Assembly: GCA_965247485.1 (NCBI GenBank)
Contig: OZ252017.1
Span: 2,018,884-2,082,883, forward strand
DNA from: Dehalococcoidia bacterium
GTDB lineage: Bacteria > Chloroflexota > Dehalococcoidia > DSTF01 > WHTK01
Length of the DNA stretch: 64,000 bases
Direction of reading: 5' to 3'
Positions 10,181 through 20,600 of this stretch are shown piece after piece. Below the pieces are notes generated by a model. That model did no database searches, had not been told where the DNA came from, and saw only the letters and a list, made by a program, of their open reading frames with translations. Positions within the stretch are counted from its first letter, which is position 1. Every line of letters starts with the position of its first letter. A program made the position numbers and the translations under genes.

Positions 10181-11014
10181 TTAGCTCATCGGTACCCAGC
10201 GCCAGGCGTCGCCATCTTTTTCGACATAGCCGTAGCCGGGCGCCGGGAAATGGTTGGCGATAATCAGCAGTCGTTCTTCCGCCCACTGCGGTAACATGCG
10301 GTCCCGCAACTTCCGGGCGCCCTCCGGCTCGAAATCGAATCGTGGCTCCCAGAGCGGTCGCGGTAGCAGGACATGATGGACGACCACGTCTCCTTGGACC
10401 AGGGCACGTTCGCCTTGGGACGCTATTTCCAGGCTCATGTGGCCCGGGGTATGACCGGACGTCACAATCGCTTTGACTTCATCTGTGAAGCTATGGTCGC
10501 CGCTGAGCAACTGAAGGCTGCCTAGTGCCTCGATCGGAAGCAGCTGGCGCTGTGAGGAAGGGCTGTCCTTTCGCTCAGGAGAGGTAAAGTGCTCCCACTC
10601 AGTTTTTTGGATCACGTACTTCGCGTTGGGGAATACTGCTTTCGGCTCGCCGCTGCTCCAATCGACATTCCAGCCGACATGGTCACCATGCAAGTGAGTG
10701 AACACCACGGAATCGATCTCTTCCGGGCGTACGCCGGTGGCGGCCAGCGCCTCCAAGAGGTGCCCTGGGTCCTCGGTGCCCGGGAACTTTCCCAACCCCG
10801 TGTCACAAAGAATCGTGTTCCCTTGAGATCTGATTAGATAGCAAACTATCTCTAGCCGGACCTTGCCTTCCGCTGTGAGATGGTCCTCCAGCCCGGCCCA
10901 GTCCTCGTCTGAAACCGAGGGGAAAATCCGTTCTCGGTCAATGTCGAATGGCATGTCGTAGAGCGCGTCGATGCGAACATCGCCAACCCTCAGCGTCGCC
11001 GCTTCCTCAATCAT
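10181..11014 (-). CDS. MBL-fold metallo-hydrolase
   Basis: 277 aa with the HxHxDH motif (THLHGDHVGW). Confidence 0.75.
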   Translation of the reverse strand: MIEEAATLRVGDVRIDALYDMPFDIDRERIFPSVSDEDWAGLEDHLTAEGKVRLEIVCYLIRSQGNTILCDTGLGKFPGTEDPGHLLEALAATGVRPEEIDSVVFTHLHGDHVGWNVDWSSGEPKAVFPNAKYVIQKTEWEHFTSPERKDSPSSQRQLLPIEALGSLQLLSGDHSFTDEVKAIVTSGHTPGHMSLEIASQGERALVQGDVVVHHVLLPRPLWEPRFDFEPEGARKLRDRMLPQWAEERLLIIANHFPAPGYGYVEKDGDAWRWVPMS

Positions 11015-11372
11015 TAAAACCTCCCCAGGCCGAATCAGCGGGCAATAGCCAAGTCTCGTTTACACCTCGCCGAAACCGGCCGCTGAGTAACATAGCACGC
11101 AATCTCTCCAGACCGCTTTATTTCTATAAATTTGGAGCGCCGACAGCCAAGAGCAGGATAAATGCGCGTCATCCTGGCTGACCCACGACGGGGGCTGCAT
11201 TTGTCGAGACCCTCAGCCCGGCTGCCGGATTCGCTCGCGAAACCCTATTTCAGTTTGCTGAATCGGCTGCTGCCATTCTAAGCCGCCCAGGGGGTTGGCC
11301 TCGCAACAGATTTGCTGATCTGCTGTCGATGTTCTGGAGGACGCGAAATTGACAACTTAGGAGGGCCAGCCA

Positions 11373-11771
11373 TTGAAGAAGCCACCGGCAATAAAGCTGT
11401 CCGTCATCCTGGGTGTTGGCGGAATCGCAATCGCCTCCATGTCGTTCCTTCCCGCGAGCTCTTCCTTCGATCCGATTAATGAAGTCCTCGATATTGTCAA
11501 CGTCAATCCCGCATTGTCAACGTCAATCCCGCGGTCGAGGAGCCGGCTGACGAGCAGCCTCCGGTCGACGAGGACCCGGTCGACGAGCAGCCTCCGGGCG
11601 TTGAGAAGCCGGCTGACGAGCAGCCTCCGGGTCGACGAGGACCCGGTCGATGAGCAGCCTCCGGGCGTTGAGAAGGCGGCTGACGAGCAGCCTCCGGTCG
11701 ACGAGGACCCGGTCGACGAGCAGCCTCCGGGCGTTGAGAAGCCGGCTGACGACCAGCCTCCGGTCGCCTAG
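11373..11771 (+). CDS. Secreted acidic proline-rich repeat protein (Sec signal peptide plus PVDEDPVDEQPPGVEKPADEQP repeats). The reading frame is internally disrupted.
   Basis: TTG start after GGAGGG, then signal peptide MKKPPAIKLSVILGVGGIAIASMSF. The frame enters the 66-bp repeat array. A 20-bp duplication and a 1-bp insertion take it out of and back into the acidic frame. An in-frame TAG lies at 11769-11771, and the acidic frame stays open afterwards to ~12115. Confidence 0.4.
   Translation: MKKPPAIKLSVILGVGGIAIASMSFLPASSSFDPINEVLDIVNVNPALSTSIPRSRSRLTSSLRSTRTRSTSSLRALRSRLTSSLRVDEDPVDEQPPGVEKAADEQPPVDEDPVDEQPPGVEKPADDQPPVA
11493..11532 (+). repeat. 20-bp perfect tandem duplication (ATTGTCAACGTCAATCCCGC x2) inside the repeat-protein gene
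   Basis: Read directly at 11493-11512 and 11513-11532. The duplication shifts the frame by +2. Confidence 0.9.
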
Positions 11772-12112
11772 GACCCGGTCGACGAGCAGCCTCCGGGCGT
11801 TGAGGAGCCGGCTGACGAGCAGCCTCCGGTCGACGAGGACGCGGTCGACGAGCAGCCTCCGGGCGTTGAGAAGGCGGCTGACGAGCAGCCTCCGGTCGAC
11901 GAGGACCCAGTCGACGAGCAGCCTCCGGGCGTTGAGGAGCCGGCTGACGAGCAGCCTCCGGTCGACGAGGACCCGGTCGATGAGCAGCCTCCGGGCGTTG
12001 AGGAGCCGGCTGACGAGCAGCCTCCGGTCGACGAGGACGCGGTCGATGAGCAGCCTCCGGGCGTTGAGAAGCCGGCTGATGACCCGCCGGTAGATGAGGA
12101 GCCAGTGGCTGC
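11533..12112 (+). repeat. 66-bp tandem repeat array, ~8.8 copies, unit ≈ CCGGTCGACGAGGACCCGGTCGACGAGCAGCCTCCGGGCGTTGAGGAGCCGGCTGACGAGCAGCCT
   Basis: GGCGTTGAG recurs at 11597, 11664, 11730, 11796, 11862, 11928, 11994 and 12060 (period 66; 67 once because of an extra G at ~11631). Two of three frames are open (acidic PVDE frame and Ser/Arg frame). Confidence 0.9.
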
Positions 12113-12126
12113 TTAAAAGGTAACTG

Positions 12127-12833
12127 TCAAGACGACCTGATCAGGTCTTTTGCCAAACCAACGACTTTTACGAGCTTCGGGACCCTCCTCTTGGGAGGAG
12201 GCGGTATCGAGCGGAGCTTATCGAAGCCATAAGCGCATCCATCCGCGGCGACGTACTTGGAGTCGCGGAAATAGCCCCAGAGGCTCATGAATTGGAAGCC
12301 CTCATCGATCTCACGAATCCCGAGTTGGCGAAGCCAAGACAGCGCCTTGTCCACTGGCGTCAACGACAAAACGGCAGGTAATCTCACCAGTTTCATCGTT
12401 CTCCACGGTAGAGCGGAAGCTAATGCGCGAATCGGCGTCGCCACCGAGGGTTGTGGCGGTGACGGCGGTCTGTTCGAAAACTTGGGCGGGCGTGATCCAG
12501 AAGGATTTGGTCGATGCGGTCGCGTTCGACATGCAGCGCCGGGCGTTGGTAGCCAAAGTCGCTGAAACGCATTTGCCGGATAGTGTCGTTCCAAATCACG
12601 GTGCCACCGGCCTTCTGGATAAAGCCTTCAGCATCGATCTTGTCAGACACACCGCTCAGGTCAGCGTACTTCCAGAAGTGAGGAATCAGGCTCTCGCCAA
12701 CGACAAAGCGCGGATGTTTTTCCTTTTCAAGCAGGACAACGTCGTAGCCCTTTTGGGCCAGCAGGGTTGCAGCCGTGCTGCCGGCCGGTCCGCCACCAAT
12801 CACGACGACATCGGAGCGTGTTGGGATTTTCAT
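12127..12833 (-). pseudogene. FAD-dependent oxidoreductase, flavin-dependent halogenase-like N-terminus (GxGxxG, GESLIP, DASG motifs), broken by two frameshifts and short
   Basis: ORF 12420..12833 carries VVVIGGGPAGSTAATLLAQKGYDVVLLEKEKHPRFVVGESLIP. It continues in a second frame (ORF 12311..12556: …CRFVVDASGQGAVLA…) and a third frame (ORF 12127..12594 C-terminal part). The combined length is ~235 aa, well below the 400-500 aa expected. Confidence 0.45.
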
Positions 12834-12988
12834 GGCTGCTTTAATCGTACATGGGTTGGAGGGTTCCGGGTAGCAAGCCGGCTATGGCACCTGAGACGGG
12901 GCCCAAGAGATCGTCAACCTGACCCCATTTCTCGGACCGAACTCGCGCGTGATTTGAATCAAGCAAGCATGATCTGTATAAACTTGAG

Positions 12989-13273
12989 TTGTTAGTGCTT
13001 CGTCAGACTCGGGGAGAGGTCATGACTACAACCAATCCAGAAGAATCATTGCGCAGCTTCATTGTGGCGGAGTTTGGTCACAAGCTGGAGAGTCCGGATT
13101 TTAGCGCTAACCTGGACCTGCTCGGAGAAGGGGTGATTGACTCGATGGGAGTCATGCAAATCACAACCTTCTTGGAGGAGGAGCTGGGGCTAACAGTGGA
13201 TGACAGCGATATCGTGCCCGATAACTTCCGCTCGCTGGAGTCACTGATCGGATTCGTGCACTCTAAAACTTAG
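12989..13273 (+). CDS. Acyl/peptidyl carrier protein (ACP-like)
   Basis: The …LGEGVIDSMGVMQITTFLEEELGL… segment fits the phosphopantetheine attachment context (DSM/DSL Ser). The likely start is the ATG at 13022 (MTTTNPEES…). No cognate synthase is nearby. Confidence 0.5.
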   Translation: MLVLRQTRGEVMTTTNPEESLRSFIVAEFGHKLESPDFSANLDLLGEGVIDSMGVMQITTFLEEELGLTVDDSDIVPDNFRSLESLIGFVHSKT

Positions 13274-13391
13274 CAGCGGGACGAAAGGCCAACGCGGCCC
13301 GCTCAGGTGGCACTGGAGAGAACCTATCGAGCCGAACTGCCGGTCTGTTCTCTATTGAGCCGATAATTTGTGTCGATGGCTGCTGCTGCTG

Positions 13392-13421
13392 CTGATTAAC
13401 GCCGATCCATGCCTCTATAAT
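13392..13421 (+). promoter_or_regulatory. Promoter candidate for korAB with a consensus -10 (TATAAT at 13416-13421)
   Basis: TATAAT sits ~70 bp upstream of the korA start. The -35 is poor. A (CTG)5 run lies just upstream. Confidence 0.3.
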
Positions 13422-13491
13422 GGTACGCAAGACTTGATTTTTTGAGCCGATTGCAACTTGCGCAAACGCTCTGGTACGCCGAGGAGGTTTG

Positions 13492-15324
13492 ATGTCCGGA
13501 TTCCAGATATATGGAGCAGGCAGAGCTGGGGACGGTACTAATACCAATATCCTTATGCTAGGCCAGGTTCTCAAAGACACGGGTGCCTGGACCTTTATGT
13601 GGCGCGACGAAGTCTATTCCAATATCCAAACCCGTGACAGTGGCTTTGGTCTGCGCACGTCGGAAAACCCAATTTATGGCCCAGATGACCAGTTTGATAT
13701 TCTCGAGGCCTTTGATCAGGGTGCCTTCACTGATATCGCCAACGAGGGACGTATACCCCCCGTCACCCGTCTGCGCCCTAATGGCGTAATACTATACGAT
13801 TCATCACCCCGGTTGGATTACCCAAACGCCGGAAATGAGGTCAAGGTTGAGGCCTTCAAGGACCTCCAGGATCAACATAATTTTCGGGTCTTTGGCTTGC
13901 CCATGGGCCAGTTGGCGAAAGAAAAATGCGAACGCTACATTGTCCGAGGCACCATAGCGATCGGCGTTCTCTCCCAGATGATGGGCATCCCGGAAGAAGC
14001 TATCCTGAGCCGTTTCGGTGCCTTGTTCGGTGATGGATCTGAAGTCTTCCAGCTCAATGAAAGAGCCATGAGAATCGGCCAAGACTACGCTCGGGCCGAG
14101 GGCTGGGAGCTTCCCGATCTCAAGGTCTCGTTCAAACCCAAAGTCGATGATACCCGCCAAATCCTCAACGGGGATGAGGCCGTCGCCGCAGGCTCGATCG
14201 TCGCTGGCTGCCGCGTCTATGCTGGCTACCCGATCACCCCGGCTACAGAGGTGCTCGAGTACATGGCCGACAAAATTCAGGCCTTTGGCGGGGCTGTAAT
14301 CCAGGCCGACAGTGAAATGGCGGCCGCCCACCACGTCATCGGCGCCGCCGTTGCCGGAGCTCGCAGCATGACAGCCACATCCGGGCCGGGCTTTTCGCTG
14401 ATGCAGGAGGCGATTTCGGCCGGTGGCATAACCGAGACGCCAATGGTCATAGTGCTCTGTACTCGCGGAGGTCCGGGCACCGGCCTACCCACCCGCATCG
14501 GCCAAGAAGAGCTCAATGAAGCGATCTTTGGCGGCCATGGCGATTTTGCTCGCATCGTACTCTCTACCAGCGAGCCGGAAGACAGTTTCTACATGATGGA
14601 GCACGTCTTCAATCTCGCTGAGCGCTACCAATGCCCGGTTTTCCTGCTAATTGACCAAATGCAAGCCCAGTCGAGTTACACGATTCCAGCCCTTGATTCC
14701 TCCAAGTTCGTCATCGATAGAGGGAAGATGCTCGATGCCGATCAAGTGGCCGAGCGCTACGGAAGCAATGGCAAGTCGTACCAGCGCTATGAGTTGACCG
14801 ATGACGGCATCTCGCCTCGAGTGGTTCCTGGCACGCCTGGGGTCACAAATTACTACGTAAATACCAACGAACACACCGAAGATGGCTACATTACCGAAGA
14901 GGAAGCCGTCCGCCAGGTAATGATGGATAAGCGATTCATGCAGCGCATGGATCTGGTCTCACGTGATGAGCAGTTGCCAAAATCGCACATCTTTGGTGAC
15001 CCCGAAGCCAGCATCGGCTTTATTGGCTACGGAGGCGTTTACGGACAGATCCTCGAGGCAATGGAACGCTTGCAAGCCAAAGGCCAAAAGGCCAAGTTTC
15101 TGGAATTGAGAACTCTCTGGCCGTTTCCCGGCGCGGAGGTCAAGAACTTTGTCTGCAGTTGCAGCTCGGTTTATGTCCCGGAATATTCAGCCGGCGCTCA
15201 GTTGCGCGGTCTGATTCAAAGAGAAGCCACCGGCCCTATGCCTCGTAAGTTGCATTCGATCCTGCGCTACGATGGCCGATTTATGACACCGGAATTTATC
15301 TTAAAAGGAATGAAGGAGGCCTAG
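13492..15324 (+). CDS. korA: 2-oxoacid (2-oxoglutarate/pyruvate):ferredoxin oxidoreductase, alpha subunit
   Basis: 611 aa. Fused gamma/alpha-type domain architecture (N-terminal PorG-like, central PFOR core). The beta subunit follows 2 bp later. Confidence 0.8.
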   Translation: MSGFQIYGAGRAGDGTNTNILMLGQVLKDTGAWTFMWRDEVYSNIQTRDSGFGLRTSENPIYGPDDQFDILEAFDQGAFTDIANEGRIPPVTRLRPNGVILYDSSPRLDYPNAGNEVKVEAFKDLQDQHNFRVFGLPMGQLAKEKCERYIVRGTIAIGVLSQMMGIPEEAILSRFGALFGDGSEVFQLNERAMRIGQDYARAEGWELPDLKVSFKPKVDDTRQILNGDEAVAAGSIVAGCRVYAGYPITPATEVLEYMADKIQAFGGAVIQADSEMAAAHHVIGAAVAGARSMTATSGPGFSLMQEAISAGGITETPMVIVLCTRGGPGTGLPTRIGQEELNEAIFGGHGDFARIVLSTSEPEDSFYMMEHVFNLAERYQCPVFLLIDQMQAQSSYTIPALDSSKFVIDRGKMLDADQVAERYGSNGKSYQRYELTDDGISPRVVPGTPGVTNYYVNTNEHTEDGYITEEEAVRQVMMDKRFMQRMDLVSRDEQLPKSHIFGDPEASIGFIGYGGVYGQILEAMERLQAKGQKAKFLELRTLWPFPGAEVKNFVCSCSSVYVPEYSAGAQLRGLIQREATGPMPRKLHSILRYDGRFMTPEFILKGMKEA

Positions 15325-15325
15325 C

Positions 15326-16327
15326 ATGGCGACGGATACAGCTGACCTGCCGCTGACTAAAGCTGATATCACGGGTTCTGGTGCTTGGTGGTGCCTGGGC
15401 TGCGGTGACTTTGGTGTGAACTCCGCCGTTCAACAGGTAATCATGAGCCTGGTGAACGAGGCGGGCATGCCTCTCGAGAATATCTTTGCCTTCTCCGGCA
15501 TCGGCTGCTCCAGCAAGGAGCCGGAGATGCTCAAGCTCAACGCATACCAGGGGCAGCATGGCCGCTCGTTGCCGGTGGCAATCGGACTTGCTATTGCCAA
15601 CCCGGGTCTGAAAGTCCTTGATTTCGGCGGAGACGGCGATAGCTATGCAATCGGCATGGAACACTTCATGCACGCGATGATCCGCAACGTCAACGTCACT
15701 TTGATCGTCATGAATAATCAAGTATACGGCCTGACCAAGGGCCAAGCCTCACCAACCGCGCACACCGGTCTCAAGACCGGCTCCACACCGGATGGCAAGA
15801 TGGGGCGTTCGGTAAATCCGCTGCGACTCGCGATCAGCGCCGGCGCGGCGTTTGTCGGTCGCGGCGTCTCCTGGCAGCGCAAGGAGCTCGTGGAACTGCT
15901 CACCCGGGCGATTAACACAGAGGGTTTCTCCTTGGTGGACATCTTCTCTCCCTGCGTCACCTACCATCGTGAGCCTGGTTTCCGAGGCAGTGGGCCGATT
16001 TTCGACTGGTACCGCCAGAACTACGTCCTTGATATCCAGGACGCCTGGCAAGGAATGCGAGACCAAGTTTTCAGCGCCGAAGAAATGTCGCAGCTGCCGT
16101 CGGTATACGACCCGACTAGCCCGGATGCCGCGCTTGCTGGGCTTCGACTTATCTCTGAGGCGGCAAAGTTGGACCGCGAAGTCACCGGACTGCTGATGGA
16201 GGATTCAAGCCAGCCCACCATGGCTCAGAACCTCGGCGTATCGGCGGAGACCGCGCCCGTCTTGGCTGACATATCGGTCGAATCGAATGTCGCGGACTAT
16301 CAGCAGCTCCTTGCTCAAATGCGCTAA
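15326..16327 (+). CDS. korB: 2-oxoacid:ferredoxin oxidoreductase, beta subunit (TPP-binding)
   Basis: 333 aa with CLGCGD…GIGCSS… and GDGD TPP-binding motifs. Confidence 0.8.
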   Translation: MATDTADLPLTKADITGSGAWWCLGCGDFGVNSAVQQVIMSLVNEAGMPLENIFAFSGIGCSSKEPEMLKLNAYQGQHGRSLPVAIGLAIANPGLKVLDFGGDGDSYAIGMEHFMHAMIRNVNVTLIVMNNQVYGLTKGQASPTAHTGLKTGSTPDGKMGRSVNPLRLAISAGAAFVGRGVSWQRKELVELLTRAINTEGFSLVDIFSPCVTYHREPGFRGSGPIFDWYRQNYVLDIQDAWQGMRDQVFSAEEMSQLPSVYDPTSPDAALAGLRLISEAAKLDREVTGLLMEDSSQPTMAQNLGVSAETAPVLADISVESNVADYQQLLAQMR

Positions 16328-16472
16328 CCAGCCGCGGGGTCCTGGCTCCTCACCCGTTCCGGACTTTTCGTCTAGGTGCCGGGTTTCATTTGGCATCGCG
16401 TGTTTTGCGAGTTCGGCGCCAAAAAGTTAGTTGTGTCAGCCGCCGTTGTCGTCCGGCCTTTTCGGCGTACGT

Positions 16473-17585
16473 CTAGGTCAGCGGGTTAATCCAGACCAGC
16501 AGAATAAAGAAGCAGGCCAAAGCAGCCAATGGCCACTCTGGAAGCGGCGTGAACTTGGGCAGGCGGGTCAATGGGACCGACTGTAACACCGTTGAAAATG
16601 TCCGCGGCAACACCACCCATAGGGCAACAAAAGCAACTCCCGCGTAGAGCCAACCCAGGACAATGTCAACCAAGTAGTGCTCGCCCAAATACACGAATGA
16701 GACGCTCCCCAGGCCGGCGTAGACCAGGACCGGAAGGCCCCGCCATCGCCAAATGTCGATGCTGATGAAGGCGAGAAGTAGCGGCAAGGCGGCATGCAAA
16801 GAAGGGACGGCCGCCACCTCGTTGGGGCTGAAATGTTTGAAGGCGAATGCCAGCGGTTCAGTTTCAGGCAGACTCGCCAGGGTCAGAAGGTAGACCCGGT
16901 CGATCTGTGGAATCAGCCCCTGCTGGCTTGCCATCCAGGGAGGGGCCGCCGGGTACAGGTAGTAGGTCAAGAATGCCGCGAAGAAGAGCCCGAGCAGCGG
17001 GACGGCGAAGCGCCAGAACGCGGCGCGGCCGCTCATCCAGAAGTAGAAGGCGAATGCCGTTGGGACAACGAAGTGAGCCAGGTAAAGAAGAGTCGTAAGC
17101 CAGTCCAACCATGAAACGGTGCCTTGCACGAAAAACCAGTCTTGAAGAATTTCCGGCGCGCTTCGGCTGCTCCCCAACAGCCAACTATCCGCATCGATCA
17201 ACTCCTGGAAGTGGACGGATGAGCTCAAGTCATCGGCAATGCCGCGGAAGCCTTCGTAGATCAGAATCAACAGGAGAAACGGCGTCCAGTCGATAACGAA
17301 ACGCCATCCACGTCCGACAAACACAGCGATCAAGAGCAGTGGCGGGATCAGGAAATCCGGCGTCGGCCAACCACCGCGGCTTGCCAAAACAGCCCCGCCG
17401 AAAATCAGATAGCCTATCGCCACTGCCGAGGCCAGGAAGCGCGTGCGAGCGGCGGTAGCCCAATCTCCGGTCGCTGATAAAACTTGGTTAGGCTTGGTCA
17501 GATCCTCGATCGGTCTCTCCCGCTCAGCCATTTTGCATGCGGCCCATTTCGCATCCGGATTGTAAAGGTTGCGCCGGCCGATCAA
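16473..17585 (-). CDS. PAP2-superfamily integral membrane protein (phosphatase / inositol-phosphorylceramide-synthase-like)
   Basis: 370 aa and polytopic. It has PAP2 motif-2-like PSLHAA and motif-3-like HYLVD (SRx5Hx3D). Confidence 0.5.
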   Translation of the reverse strand: MIGRRNLYNPDAKWAACKMAERERPIEDLTKPNQVLSATGDWATAARTRFLASAVAIGYLIFGGAVLASRGGWPTPDFLIPPLLLIAVFVGRGWRFVIDWTPFLLLILIYEGFRGIADDLSSSVHFQELIDADSWLLGSSRSAPEILQDWFFVQGTVSWLDWLTTLLYLAHFVVPTAFAFYFWMSGRAAFWRFAVPLLGLFFAAFLTYYLYPAAPPWMASQQGLIPQIDRVYLLTLASLPETEPLAFAFKHFSPNEVAAVPSLHAALPLLLAFISIDIWRWRGLPVLVYAGLGSVSFVYLGEHYLVDIVLGWLYAGVAFVALWVVLPRTFSTVLQSVPLTRLPKFTPLPEWPLAALACFFILLVWINPLT

Positions 17586-17615
17586 GCCTGCCCTGTTGCG
17601 TCGCTACTTCCGAAT

Positions 17616-20600
17616 TTACTCTTCGGCGGTGGTCAACACGCTGGCCCGGGCGGTTTGACGCACCTCGTCAATCGCCGCCGGCAAGTCCGTGATAGCGCGC
17701 TCCTGCCGTGGCTGGACAAAGGCAAAAACGCAACGCGAGACCGGGCGGCCCAATGATTCCTGCAGCAAAAGCGCATAGGTGGCACCCTGCAGCCGGTATT
17801 GGGCCATCGCCGTATCGATAGCCGCGCTGCTCGCAAGCGAGTCGGTCTTGTAGTCGACCACGACCAAGCCATCCGGGCCCTCGTAAAGCAAGTCGATGAA
17901 GCCTTCGATCGTAACTCCTTCGACTAGCGTTGAGACATAGACTTCACGCCAGAACCGGCCCGATTCAACCGCTTCCTTCACGGCTTTAGATTGCCGAGCC
18001 GCCTCGACAAATTCCACAACCTCATTTTGCCGACCTTCGATTCCCTCGGCCGTCGCCTGGGCTTTTGCTGTGTCCTCGGTACCCTCTCCGGTTGCCAAGT
18101 CTATGGATTGCAAGACGGCGTGGACCGCGCGTCCAATCGAAGTGCCGGCCCGGCCCCGGCGCCAAGGTCCGTCGTCTTCGGTTTGCTCCTCTTTGTCCAG
18201 GCCTCGTTCCTCGGGCATTGGTGGCAATGACTTGGCGATGGCCGTCGCCGCCAGTACCGGCATTCGTGCCTTTGTCGCAATTAGACGTCTGCGTTCTTCT
18301 TGCCAAGCGTCGCGATCGGAGGAGGAATCGGTGGTTGCCACGGCGGGTGCTGCTGGAGGAGGCGCGCTTTTTTCGGCGACAACCGCCTGTTTCCAGAGGC
18401 CCGGCTCCTGGTTGCTGATTGCGTACAAACACTCAGCGGGGACGCACTGGTTTTTCAAATGGCGCTCGGCGTGCGATTTGCTGTTTTTGGCCTGGATGTG
18501 AAAGACGCTTGCCACAAGGTGGTCACGCGCACGAGTCGCCGCCACATACAACAGGCGGTCGGTCTCCAGGCGTCGCATTGCATCCTCGCGTGACTTCGCC
18601 GACTCATAGCCGCCAGTCTCAAAGTACCTTGATTTAGCGCCCACCCTTACTTCGGCGCTGTCTCCTCCGTGCCATAGAACGGCGGGACTCTCATTATTCG
18701 GTCTGGCATTTAAGCCTGCCAGGAAGACAATTGGAAACTCCAATCCTTTCGCAGCGTGAATAGTCATGATGCGCACCGCGTCGGCATCAGCCTCGGCGAC
18801 GCTACTTTCACTTACTTGCGCTTGCTCCTCAGCCTGCCGCTCCATGAATTGGACAAATTGTCTGAGGCTGCGGCCGCCACCACTTCCGAAGGCGCGCGCT
18901 TGTTCATGCATAAATCGCAAACGCTGCCACGATTCGCGCGGCTGGCGGTTGGCCAGGGCAACTTGAAACAGCCGCCGCTCCCGAATCACACGGTCAACCA
19001 TCTCAGCTGGGTTAACCCACCATCTTTCTGCATTCAAATCTTTCAAGGCGGCCATTGATTGCCCGACGATGTCGTCATCGGGATGGCCGTCTGGCATTGC
19101 CCGTCGGAAATCCCAAGACCCGCCGGCTGTGGCAAAGCGAAATAAGTCGCGGTCACTGCAGCCGAAACCGGGTGATCTCAATGCCGCAACCACCGCGACC
19201 TGATCGGTGGGATCGTCGATAGCGGCAAGGATATTCAGCAGGTCACGAACTTCCTGGCTTTCAAACAGCAGCGATCGGCTTTCGATTTGGAATGGGATGC
19301 CGTTCTCCTGAAGGGCCTTCTCCAGATCCGACAGGACAGCTCGTGTTGGCATCAGTATGGCAACGTCGGAGAAGCGGGGTTGACGCCAGTCCTTTTCAGC
19401 GTCGGGCCGAATCCGCCAGAGGCCAAGACTCTCACCTTCGTCCTTGATTTGGGCCACCAACCTGGCGATGCTGCTTGCCTCCAAAGCCCGCATCGTCTCA
19501 GCGTTGAACTCAGTCGACCTTAAGGGCCCGCCCAAAAGCTGAACCGCCACCGGGGAGCGTTCGTCGCCGGTCCGCCAAGCTTTGAGTGCTTCGAACTCGA
19601 CTTGCTTCGCGGCCTCAGCACTCACTTTTTTTCGTTCCAACTGGAGCAAACTTCCCAGCGTGTGGTTGACCCAGTCAAGAACCGATGGGACGGAGCGAAA
19701 GTTCTGTACTAGGTGCGCCGCGTGGCCGGTCGATGAACCGCCGAAGCGCCGCGCGGCGGAGTCATAAAGTTCAATGTCCGCGCGGCGAAATCGATAAATA
19801 GATTGTTTGGCGTCCCCAACGAAAAACAGCCGGCCTGGGGCCACGGTCACCTCATGCCATGGCTTCTGGCCGGCCTCCGGATCCTCGCTGGCGATCAGGA
19901 CCGCAATCTCGATCTGGATTGGGTCTGTATCTTGAAATTCGTCGATGAGGAGGGTGTGGTAACGCTCGGCAAGCTCGCCGCGCACTGCCGCGTTTCCAGC
20001 CAGGAGGTTTCGGGCCAGGATCAGCCGGTCATGGTATTCCAGGTTACCCTGGGCGACGCGTTGATCGCGGTACTCCAGCACGAAGCGTTGAATCGCGGTA
20101 AGCAAAGGTCCCAGGCAGGCGGCCCTCAGCCTGGATAGAAGATCGTCGCGAGCTTTCTCCGCTGACTTGCTGGCCGCTCGAATCGCGGCCAGGGCTCCGC
20201 CATGCCAGGCGGTCTTGGAGCCTTCCGTACCGCTGACAGCAAGCTTCTGCGGCGCGGCCAAGAGCCAGATCAGCTGCTCCTCCGCGGCGGCAACCTCCTC
20301 CGGCGTTTGCGCCGCCGCCAAAGTTTCTTGCGCGGCCCTCAGGTCCTCGTAAGGGCCTTCGAGCGAGATCAGTGCCTGGAAACCGCGATCTGACTCCTGG
20401 CTCGGCTTGATCTCGCCCCGCAGGGCCAAAGCCATCTCAAGGCCGGAAAGAATGGCCGCCGTGGTTAACGCGGGCATCTCAGGGCATTCAAAGTCAGCGC
20501 TTTGAACCCGATCCCAATTTTCATGAAAGTTCTTGGCGATGACTCTGAGCTGGATCACAGTTAGACCGGATATGAGCCCTCTCACAAGGGCATTGGCGAC

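Noticed and set aside
11650-12093. 147-aa Ser/Arg/Leu/Thr-rich ORF through the 66-bp repeat array
   Set aside because: It is the alternative open frame of the same repeat and has no signal peptide or upstream start context. The acidic PVDE frame is the one contiguous with the signal peptide once the 20-bp duplication is accounted for.
13378-13393. (CTG)5 microsatellite upstream of korA
   Set aside because: It is too short to be significant by itself. It is noted only as a potential slippage site near the korAB promoter.
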